The notes under the pieces: generated by a model
Databases searched by the model: none
Seen by the model: the letters and a program-made list of their open reading frames with translations, nothing else
What the model was told of the DNA's origin: nothing
Assembly: GCA_950097015.1 (NCBI GenBank)
Contig: CATNEN010000031.1
Location: forward strand, 496,001 to 560,000
DNA from: Macrostomum hystrix
Lineage: Eukaryota; Animalia; Platyhelminthes
Reading direction: 5' to 3'
DNA length: 64,000 bases
Shown here: positions 33,736 through 44,300 of the stretch, piece after piece
How positions within the stretch are numbered: the first letter of the stretch is position 1
Layout of the letters: each line of letters opens with the position of its first letter
Program-made: the position numbers and the translations under genes

Positions 33736-34560
33736 GGCCCCATTGGATAAAACTAAAATATTCAAGTGAAAATGAATTCATATTGAATTATATGTTTGTT
33801 TGTCTTAGCTAAATATATTTATATGTATTTGCCAGATTTTTTTGTGTTGATTTAGGGAATGATTATTGCCTTTTTTCTTCAGTACATTCCTTTAATATTC
33901 AGTAAATTGTTTTTTCTTAGCATTTGTATTTTAAGTATATTGTATACTCCATAACATGTATTTCTTAACCTAAGGCTGTGTTTTTTGTACATTCGATTAC
34001 TGATTCCTTACCCCTTATTGTTTCGTAAAAGTTTCGTACCCCTAATGATCTATTAGTTTAATTTCTTGATTAGATGTGCGATATGTTACTTTAAGTTAAT
34101 AGATATGCATGCATTCAAGTTTTTCTGGTACTGCACTTGGCTTTTTTAACAATTTACAATGCTACCAGTATACTGGGGTACATTCCTCAATTTAGTTACC
34201 TTTTTGTAATTAGTCATGTTTTTTTTCCGATTTTTGTTAAGATAAGTTACAACTACAATACTGCGCTAAATGGCCCCTTACTTAGAAACCTGAGATTGAG
34301 CATTACTGTTTGCGGGAGGGGCGTTTCACCCACAAGTTTTACATTCCCCAACCAATAGGTTTCATTGTTTACATGCGTCTTCACGGCCGCCTATATTTCT
34401 ATTGTTATTGGAGGAGAAAACTGTTGATAAAGATAAGAAATAAATCAGTGGATTAGATTTAAGTAAGTTGGATGACGAGGCGTATATCTGAGATATCCTA
34501 TCTCAATGCCTTGTCAATGCTATAAATAGATAATGTTTCTTATGCTATCCGTTTCCGCAG

Positions 34561-36414
34561 CTCAAACCGGGGCGAATTCCGGCCAACCCCGCCGACGCTT
34601 GGTTTGGCGGCGCCGAACGGGGCAGCGCGACGAATGCTGCCCCCAATCAGCCTCATTGGACGGTGGAGGACGAAGGCAAATCGAGCGAGCCAATGGACGC
34701 CTGCACCGCGGCCAGCCTGGGCGACGCCGCCTACCTTGAGCAGGCTGTGGCCGACGGCCGGCTACCGAGAGACGCGCTGGACAAGGCGAATGCCAGCGGC
34801 TGGACGCCTTTAATGTACGCAGCCTATTTGGGCCACGAAAGCCTGGTGAGTCGATGGCGCTCCCGCTGTATTCAAATTTCTTGTCTAAGGCTTCTTATAT
34901 TCTCTTATATTCCTTATCGTATTGTATACATTGCCCAAGGTCAAGCTGCTGCTTGAAAAGTACGGCGCCTCAGTTAGCGCCACAGCCGACAAGCGACGCC
35001 GCACTGCCCTGATGCTGGCCTGCAGCTGCGGGCACCGCGCATCCGCCATAGCTTTGGCTAACGCATCATACTCCACGACTGGCGGCTCCGAGCTGCCCGA
35101 CCCGGTCGACTTGGACGGCCGCAATGCCGCTATGCACTGCGTCTTGTACGGCCAGCGTGACTGTCTGGAAGATCTCCTACTGCGCTGGCAGCGACTGCGC
35201 TCCATCTGCGGCCTGGAGCACCTGCGCCAAGCTATGCTGGGCGGTCACACAGCCACTGCGGAGCTGCTGCTGGACCGTCTCTATGGAGCCCGCGTGCCAG
35301 CCGACCTTGTCAGGCCCAATAGCGAACGAGGCCACGAGCGGCTGGTTGGCACCGACTCCAAGCGGAAGGCGCCGGCTCTGCTGCCAGCCGCGCCGCCAGC
35401 TAGCGTTGAGGCAGTGTTTGCTGAGCTCCAGCTAGCTAAGTATGCTCACCTGTTTGATGGAATGCCAATGCACGACTTTCTTCGGCTCACGGAAGATCAG
35501 GTAGGCTGCCAGTGTTGCGGCTTTCTGCTTTGTTTGTTAAAGTGTCGTGACACCCTTGTGACATAGTAACACTAAGTCATTTGAAAAATGCAGATCCCAT
35601 CCCATTTTCGTAATCTTATTGTACAAGCTTATCCTATTTGCGGGATATTTATGTACCTTCACATTTATATACAAGTGAACATAGATCTCTATTAAATTAT
35701 AGTTTAAAGGTGTGAATTAACTAAGGCTTAACTAGTTAGAAACTTAACTACTATGAAGGTTATTGGCAGAGAACTCTAACGCTCTGCCTCTCGTACCAAG
35801 GTCCCTGAGCTCGATTCCGCGGCGAGGCCACATTCATTTGGGGCGCAGCTGCGGAGAGAGGGCTTGGGGGGCTTGTCGTGCAATTTACGCCCACGAGGGC
35901 CAACCTCCAAGGCACAGTAAAAGTGTACACTGCCTGACAATACGAAAGTCAGGGCAGATGTACTGACTTCTCGCTGGCTGCAGGTCTAGTGTCACTAAAT
36001 GATGTCCCAACAGCAATTAACATTATTATTATTATTAAACTATTGACGGGGTATTTATTTACTTTGCTGAATATCCATTAACAGGTGATAGCAAGAGGCC
36101 TAACCATAATTGGACCGAAGCGCAAACTGGTGAGCTACCTGACACAGCTGAGATCAAATCAGGCGACGCAGCCACCGCCGCAGCCGCAGCTTCCGTCAGC
36201 GGACACCGCAGACAGTATCAGGCAGGCGAAAGCCAGCGCCCAGCTCCTGCAGGAGATTATCGAAGATCTGACAGCCGAGCTAGGCAAGTGTGCTCAGCCG
36301 GCTAAGGTTGAGATTTGGCTTCACAAGCTGGGAGTCACGACCAACCAGCTGCGGGCTCACTTGGACCGGGCCACCGCCTCTGGCAACTGTGGGGATAAGC
36401 ATCTGTCTAAGTAG
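34561..36414 (+). CDS. ANKS3: Ankyrin repeat and SAM domain protein 3 (compact, ~390 aa)
   Basis: Exons 34561-34845, 34940-35500, 36085-36414. MDACTAASLG, GWTPLMYAAYLGH, TALMLACSCGH, SAM LAKYAHLF...FLRLTEDQ|VIARGLTIIGPKRKL. Start uncertain: acceptor at 34560, first ATG at 34693. Confidence 0.82.
35762..36035 (+). mobile_element. Second SINE-like family in ANKS3 intron 2
   Basis: tRNA-like head (GAGCTCGATTCC B-box-like) and (TTA)n tail. Confidence 0.55.
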
Positions 36415-36854
36415 AATCACTTATTTCTAATGAAATTTCGCCTTGTTCAAGTTTCATAGTAATCGTTGAATTAGTTGTATTGTTGTTTCATTTTTTACAA
36501 AACTTTGTTGCGTCTAGTGTCTTTTTTGCTGCATGCCAACAGTTTTTAGTTTCTCACTATCTCTTCAGCATTTCTTATTCGTTTGCACTTCCTATGAATT
36601 ATGGCGTTTATTTGACTAAGGCGCCAAGGAAAAATATTTGAAAGTAGCCTTTTACTAACGAGAAATTTAGCTTTTTTACTTTTTATACCGAACTATTATG
36701 CGCTTTACCTAGCTATATCTAGCACATCACTTCTTATTACTGCCCCAGATCACATTACCGATTAAATGTTGGACAGAACTTAAAGTGGACTGCATGGGGT
36801 TAGCAGCTCGTATAAGGATAATATAGTAGTATATTATCAGATCCACTGCATAGG

Positions 36855-37320
36855 ACCATGACGAACTCGATAAGGATGATTACAACAACCTCGATAGGAT
36901 AAGGATGATCACGATGACCTCGATGGGATAAGGATGATTATGATTATCTCGATGGGATAAGGATAATAATGATGACCTCGATGGGATAAGGATGATAATG
37001 ATGACCACGATGGGATAAGGATAATCGCGATACCTCAATGGGATAAGGATGATCACGAGACCTCGATGGGATAAGGATGATCACGATACCTCGATGGAAT
37101 AAGGATGATTATGATGACCTCGATGGGATAAGGATGATCATGATGACCTCGATGGGATAATGATGATCACGATACCTCGATGGGATAAGGATGATCATGA
37201 TGACCTCGATGGGATAAGGATGATCATGATGACCTCGATGGGATAAGAATGGTCACAATGACGACGATAGGATAAGGACGGTCTGGATGAGATCACGATG
37301 ACATAGATAGGATAAGGACT
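36855..37320. repeat. Intergenic 28/29-bp minisatellite
   Basis: GATGACCTCGATGGGATAAGGATGATCAT tandem. Confidence 0.9.
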
Positions 37321-37845
37321 TTTTAAAAATGAATTCTATTGGATTGGGACCCTCAAATGTAACAATTGTGACCCAGCAACATTTGCACACTGTCTTTCAT
37401 ATCTAGCTAACAAAGGCCGCTCTAAGCGGTTAGCTGTAAAAGCTATCGCTGATTTATATCATATTGCATATATAATCTGCAGTATATGCAAATATTGCTT
37501 TGAGAATTATTTCTGTTAGCGAGGTGCCAGTATTTATTTTCGTGATTCGAATTAAAAAACGACGAATTTGGTGAGCCGGCCACACAAGCTGGGTCCAGCT
37601 GCTGTTATTGTCTTATCGATTGGGTTTTGCTAAATTTTCTTTCCGTCTTTCTTTTATTAAGTCACTGCTAAGGGCAAGATAGATTGTAGAACAAGGGTTC
37701 GTGAGTGCATGAGCTTTGTTAGGAAAGTTTTTCTTGTTCATTCTAACACGTGATGAGGAGAAATAAAGGCCCACCACTAAGCAATTGAAGTATAATAGAT
37801 TTGCTGTATATATATCATATTTACGGCTTACTGTTCCGTTTCCAG

Positions 37846-38670
37846 GCTACTGACGGCAGTAGTAGGCATAGTTTGCGCGAGCCTGCCCGGCTGGTGAACC
37901 TGCAGGCGGCGGTTCGGGGCTGTCTGTTTCGTCGTCGACTCACCGAGATCAACCGGCGCTATCTTGAGCTCGCTGCCGAGACCGACGGCGACACCAGCGG
38001 AAGCGCCGCTACCGCCTTTGCTGCCGCCGGTTGCCGTCACTGGACGTCGCAGTGGCAACTTCGGGAAAGAGTTGAAGCGGAAGCCAAAATGCAAGCTGAA
38101 GCGGAAGCCAAACTGCAGTCTGAAGCGGAAGCCAAACTGCAATCTGAAGCGGAAGTCAAACTGCAAGCTGAAGCGGAAGTCAAACTGCAAGCTGAAGCGG
38201 AAGCCAAACTTCAAGCTGAAGCGGAAGCCAAACTGCAAGCTGAAGCGGAAGCCAAACTGCAAGCTGAAGCGGAAGCCAAACTGCAGTCTGAAGCGGAAGC
38301 CAAACTTCAAGCTGAAGCGGAAGCCAAACTGCAAGCTGAAGCGGAAGCCAAACTGCAAGCTGAAGCGGAAGCCAAACTGCAAGCTGAAGCGGAAGCCAAA
38401 ATGCAGGCTGAAGCGGAAGCAAAAGTGTCGAGCATTTTGGACGCCGCTACCCAATGTGATTTAAACGCCGAAGACAAGGACACCAGCGGTCAAAATGGTG
38501 GCGCCGAAACAGACGACGCTGATGACAGCATCGGGTGCCTTGACGAGTCATCGCTGGCCTGTTTGCGTGAGCAGCTGCACTGGGAGCTGGTGTGGCTGGA
38601 CCAAGCCATCACCAGTAGGCGTCATTTTCTGCGCTTCCGTCGTCTGGCCGTGCAGTCCAGTCAGCAGTAG
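37846..38670 (+). CDS. IQCC: IQ domain-containing protein C-like with an internal 8-aa repeat
   Basis: N-terminal LQAAVRGCLFRR...Y...ETDGD and C-terminal LREQLHWELVWLDQAITSRRHFL match the two conserved IQCC blocks. Acceptor TTTCCAG at 37845; no genomic ATG upstream of the IQ motif. Confidence 0.75.
   Translation, partial: ATDGSSRHSLREPARLVNLQAAVRGCLFRRRLTEINRRYLELAAETDGDTSGSAATAFAAAGCRHWTSQWQLRERVEAEAKMQAEAEAKLQSEAEAKLQSEAEVKLQAEAEVKLQAEAEAKLQAEAEAKLQAEAEAKLQAEAEAKLQSEAEAKLQAEAEAKLQAEAEAKLQAEAEAKLQAEAEAKMQAEAEAKVSSILDAATQCDLNAEDKDTSGQNGGAETDDADDSIGCLDESSLACLREQLHWELVWLDQAITSRRHFLRFRRLAVQSSQQ
38074..38424 (+). repeat. Coding 24-bp tandem repeat, (EAEAKLQA) x14 plus a partial unit
   Basis: GAAGCGGAAGCCAAACTGCAAGCT units in frame inside the IQCC exon. 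Confidence 0.85.
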
Positions 38671-38964
38671 GCCATGACACATGCGCGGTTGAAGCTGGAT
38701 TTTGGTCGCCTGCAGTGTTACAAGGCTGTGATGTGTTCATATCTCTCTATTCAAACAGAAAATGAAGGCACTTTGTGATACCGTTTTTCTGTGTACAGTT
38801 AGCCTTTATTGGTGCTTTGTTAAAAGTTGTAGCTTTAATAGCTTGTAATAAATTCAACATTTTAGCACTAATTTTCTTTTTATCTTATGCCAATGGCTGA
38901 CTTTCACTTTCTTCCCATCTAAACAATCAATGGCTATAGATCAAGATAAAATCCTAGCTTAACA

Positions 38965-39470
38965 TTAGGACTACCAAGCCATTTTGTCGCCCATTTTTAT
39001 ACCAAGGGGTGCGGGAATTTCCCCCCCCCCTGAAAATTTTCTTGGCAGCGCCCGAATACTAACAGCGTTGGGTGTTGTTAGTTTCCACCTGTTGTAGCCC
39101 TTGAAGGTCCAGCAGTCCGTCTGGATAAAGTTATGTGACCGGAGATGATGCAGGCACATTTGGGTGACATGCTGATAAATTTTGAAGGTCTGGCACTGTG
39201 GCGCATTGCTAACTCATGTATAGGGCTGTATGATATATTATGGGAATGGGAATGGTTTATGGGAAAAATCTGACCTTCGGCCAGAAACATAGAATATCTC
39301 GACGGTCTAAAGAGCTAGCGACATGATTCTTGTTTCAGAAGATGCGCAACAAAAGTTGGCCCGTGTTCTTGAGTTTCGTGTGCTTGGGTTGCTACTTTCG
39401 GTGCAACCTGACAAAGAGTTGTCAGGGGGATTTCCCTCCCCCTTTGTTAGTTCTACTGTTAAGAATATCT
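38965..39470. mobile_element. MITE-like repeat, copy 2, with imperfect inverted ends
   Basis: Shares ~390 bp (inverted) with 30205-30595; ends CTACCAAG..GGGAATTTCCCC and GGGGGATTTCCCTCCCC..TTAG. Confidence 0.7.
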
Positions 39471-39593
39471 TAATACTCATCGATTATTTTATTGAACTGT
39501 GTGGGCAGAAGAGGCTAAATTCTTTAGCTAGATCTGCTTGTAAAAGACAGGAGAAACCCGATGTTGCCATTGCAGCTTCGAGGCTAAAGTACA

Positions 39594-40854
39594 ATGCCCT
39601 TGGACCGCTACCGCAACGCTGCTCTAGTCGACGGTGTCGATGTTCGCACCTTGCCACCTGTTGACGACACCGTCGCTGAGGTCTGGCGCGGGCCATTGTC
39701 CTCGTGTCTGGAGTCGCCTCCAAAGATGTGGGCTTTTCGTGGCTTGGTCTACGATGCAGCCGGCTCGGCCTACTTAGAGTCTGGCGAGACTAAAGTGCAG
39801 TGCTCCGTGCACGGACCAATGGAGCCGAAACGGTCTGTCCTGACAGACGCGGGTGCTGAGCAGTCTCGAGCCCAGCTGCAGGTGTACTACAAACTGGCTC
39901 CATTCGCTTCTAGGAGGGCCGGCCGAATTTCCTACCAACCAGATGACGCAGATAGGCGAATCGCCGTTTTCCTACAGGTGAGATCGATAAGAGACAGGTT
40001 CTTACGTACTTACTACTGTGGGGGGCGCCGCATATAGGCCGCGAGGCCTAACGCAACCCCAGGATAAGAGACAGGGAATGAGAGAGCCTACAGAAGGCAG
40101 AATGATAAAAAGCAGCCCACTGAAGGTAGAGGGATGAACAGCAGCCCACTATAGGTAGAGTGATGAACAGCAGCCCACTGAAGGTAGAGTGATGAACAGC
40201 AGCCCACTGAATGTAGAATGATGAATAGCAGCCCACTGAAGGTAGAATGATGAACAGCAGCCCACTATAGGTAGAGTGATGAACAGCAGCCCACTGAAGG
40301 TAGAATGATGAACAGCAGCCCACTGAAGGTATAATAAGGAACAGCAGCCCACGACAGACATCATTTGATCAAAATCACTTTACATGTGTTACGCTGCCCA
40401 GGAGACACTGACGTGCTGCCTTCGACTCGACCGTTTGCCGAAGTCGCGTATTGAAGTGCACTGCTTGGTGCTTGAGGACGCCGGCCATTGCCTAGCAACT
40501 ACTGTCGCTTGCGCCTGTTTAGCCCTTGTCGACGCCGGCCTAGAAATGTACGATCTGGTGGCCGCAGGCACCGTCTGTCGGCCTGTGGGTGCCGCAGACT
40601 GGCAGCAGCCAGAGCTGGTGGACGATAGTGTTGAAGTCAGCTTTGTGACGGTGGCCTACATGCGCAACCTGCGCCAGGTGGCCGGCCTGCTCATTGACGC
40701 CGCCGAGCCGCTTCAGCCCAGTGAGGCGGAAACTGCCTGCCGAATGTGCGTTGAGCCCTGCAAATTAGCGCTGGATTTCCTGCGGCGTCACCTACTGGAT
40801 GGGCTGCGGCCGGCATCGGCTGACGCGGATGGTGACGAGATAATGGAGCAGTGA
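39594..40854 (+). CDS. EXOSC6: Exosome complex component MTR3 (RNase PH fold)
   Basis: Exons 39594-39977, 40402-40854. MPLDRYR start, GSAYLESGETKVQCSVHGP, LPKSRIEVHCLVLEDAG...LVDAGLEMYDLV. Confidence 0.85.
40095..40350. repeat. Intronic 29-bp minisatellite
   Basis: ATGAACAGCAGCCCACTGAAGGTAGAATG tandem. Confidence 0.9.
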
Positions 40855-41317
40855 TGGGCATTGCTGCTCTGCGTGCTCATTTTGGCCCGTTTGCATTTGA
40901 TCCACGTTTAGATGAAACGCCGTGTCATATACTTGTAGTTTGGCTTTGCTTGGTTATCTGCAAATAAATGCTTAGTCGTACGTCGTTTCCCAGGTCGTAT
41001 TGTTATCATTACCTTCAATAAGTTTCACTTCTGCTCTTGGGTTTCGCAGCTGCATTCAATTGATGTTTGCTTGATGGGCATAAATTTTACATATTATTAA
41101 AATCAATGAAGGCATTTCTAATTGGCCCACATTATATTTTTCCGCTTTTTTATTTGAAATTAGTAATTTCGATAACTTTTATTGATTCATCCATATATTT
41201 CATATAGCTAAGTCTTACCAAAGAATTCAAGAAAACCTTTTCGAAAAAGCCTAGATAAAATAATGAGCGGAAATTCTTCATTACCGCCTTCCAGCAACCT
41301 TATAGCGAACATTGCGC

Positions 41318-44300
41318 ATGTCAGTAGCTCCACAGCAACAGCAGCAGGATGAGGAGCAGCTGCACGATGTTCTGCCAGGCAGTCGCAACTCCGGCCAATC
41401 TGGAGGCCTGGTGATTCGCAACGGATCTGCCGGCGGCACCCGCCCGTTGGCTAACAGCGAAGCCTCTGGCGCAGGCGGCGGCATCCAATTCAGGAAGCCG
41501 GAGCGGCCGTCTCTGCTCGGCCTGGACAAGCTGGCTGCTAAGAAGCGCGAAGAAGCTGCCACGGCTGCGCCCGCCGGGCTGACTGTAAAAAAATACCGCG
41601 AATTGCGACCTGAAACGCCCGCTTCACAGCGCTCGGACGCCTTCAGCCATCCGCGCCCGGAGCTCAAAGCGCCGCGTCGACGTGAGCGAGGCATCGTCGC
41701 CGCCAGCTCTTCCTCCGGCGGCGGCGGCGGCGACGGAAGCCGGTCTGATCGCAAGCGACGCTACGATGAATGGGAGCGCGACACTTCTGCCCGTCGTGAC
41801 GCGGACGACGATTATTATCGAACGCCGAAGCATTTGAGCGCCAACGAGGCGACACCGTCGCGCGACAATTGGGAGATTGAAAGCCGAGCCGGTGGCGACA
41901 GCGGCAGCAGAGGCAGCGGTGGCTTCGAGTACACGCCGATGCCGACGCCCAGCTATAGGCGCGATCAGCGCAGTCGGGATCAAAGGCGCGACACTGACAA
42001 GAGCGAGCTGCGAAGACGCGGTGACGATCAGCAGCGGCTTCAGGATGACGAAGACTGGGAGCGAGAACAGAAGCGGCTGGATCGGTGCGTTAGGCATTGA
42101 CAACAGATTAAAAGTTTTTTATTGTTGCTCATTGTTTATTCTTATTCTGGGAACTATGGGCGACTAATTTACAAACAGTGAATTTAAGCAAAAAATTGCT
42201 TACAATCGCACGCCCGCAGACAGTGGTACCAAATGGACGAAGGCTTCGACGACGAGAACAATCCCTTCCCGGATGTGTCGCAGGAGTACGTGGAGAAGCG
42301 CGAGCGTGAGCTGCGCAAGCAGCAGCAGCAGCTGCGAAAGGGCCGGTCTGCCGCTGCTCAGCAGACCCAGAAGGACAACATGGCGTGGGAGGAGAATCGC
42401 ATGCTGCGCTCTGGCGTGGTGCAGAAAACCCAGCTGGATGATGATCTTGTGCGTTAAAATTGAGAACTGAATTTAGGTTTTATTAAAATAATATTTAGGT
42501 TTTAAGTATTAGTTTTATGCTATCTTCAAATAGCAAGCATAAATATGCTATTTAGGATATGCTGTCCCTTATTCTATCTTCAGGAGCTGCTGTCCCTTAT
42601 TCTATCTTCAGGAGCTGCTGTCCCTTATTCTATCTTCAGGAGCTGCTGTCCCTTATTCTATCTTCAGGAGCTGCTGTCCCTTATTCTATCTTCAGGAGCT
42701 GCTGTCCCTTATTCTATCTTCAGGAGCTACTGTCCCTTATTCTATCTTCAGGAGCTGCTGTCCCTTATTCTATCTTCAGGAGCTGCTGTCCCTTATTCTA
42801 TCTTCAGGAGCTGCTGTCCCTTATTCTATCTTCAGGAGCTGCTGTCCCTTATTCTATCTTCAGGAGCTACTGTCCCTTATTCTATCTTCAGGAGCTACTG
42901 TCCCTTATTCTATCTTCAGGAGCTGCTGTCCTTTTTCTCATTTCTCATTTCGAGAATTTCTCATTCTCGCACTGCTTCAAATTGTACTCAGGACGACGAA
43001 ATCGGAGCTCGAGTCCACCTGCTTGTGCGCAACATTGTGCCGCCCTTTCTGGATGGCCGCATTGTGTTCACTAGACAGCCGGAGCCAGTGGTGCCAGTGC
43101 GCGATGCCACTAGCGACATGGCCATGGTGTGCAAGAACGGCTCGGCGTTGGTGCGTGCCTGGCGCGAGCAGCGCGAACGGCGTCGCGCACAGAAGAAGGA
43201 ATGGCAGGTGGCCGGCACACGCATCGGTGACATCATGGGCGTCAAACGGCCGGAAGAGGCCGAGCGCGAGGATGAGCGCGGACTTGGCGGCGACGTCGGC
43301 GACGGCCGGTCAAGTCACACCTTTCGCGACAAAATGATGAATGACGGTGACTCGGCTTCGAAAACGCCAGAGGCTGCCAGAGCGGCCTTTGCCAAGCTGC
43401 AGCGTCAGCGAAAGTGCCTGCCTGTGTTTGCAGTGAGGCACAATCTTCTAAGAATTATCAGAGATCATCCCATTGTTGTAAGTGTGTGCTTTTGACAATG
43501 GGTCGTGTTGTCCTGTACTTTTAATCTAAATGTTTGGTCTCACATGACGCATCTTTAAGCTTAATAATAGCATGTGCGTCTCCTCACTGTACACTGTACA
43601 TGTTGAGTCCATCTGTGTATCTTAAAAAAACATTATTGAGTTAAGCAGTTTACTTTTTAGTAAAAAAAACTGATCAAATTATTCTTATATTCAACTCGTC
43701 AGGTAATTGTGGGCGAGACAGGCTGCGGCAAGACCACCCAGCTGACGCAATACCTGCACGAGGAGGGCTACACCAAGTTCGGGATGATCGGCTGCACGCA
43801 GCCACGCCGAGTAGCAGCCATGAGCGTAGCCAAGCGCGTCTCAGAGGAGTTCGGTACGGAGCTAGGCCAAAAGGTTGGCTATTCGATTCGGTTCGAGGAC
43901 TGCACCAGTCCGGACACGCTCATCAAGTACATGACCGACGGTATTCTGCTGCGCGAGTCTCTGCGCGAGCCCGACCTGGACCACTACTCCTGTCTCATAC
44001 TGGACGAGGCCCACGAGCGCTCCCTCAGCACGGATGTACTTTTGGGCCTTCTGCGCGAGATTGTACGCCGGCGCAACGATCTGCGCCTCATTGTGACCAG
44101 CGCCACAATGGACGCCGGGAAATTCTCTGCCTTCTTTGGCGACGTGCCGGTGTTCGAAATTCCTGGCCGAACCTACCCGGTCGATGTGCTGTTCTCCAAG
44201 ACTCCGGTCGAAGACTATGTGGATGCCGCAGTGAAGCAGGTCGTTCAGGTCAGGAACTTTTGGAACTGATTGCCCATTACCGTAGTTAAGCTATTACAAC

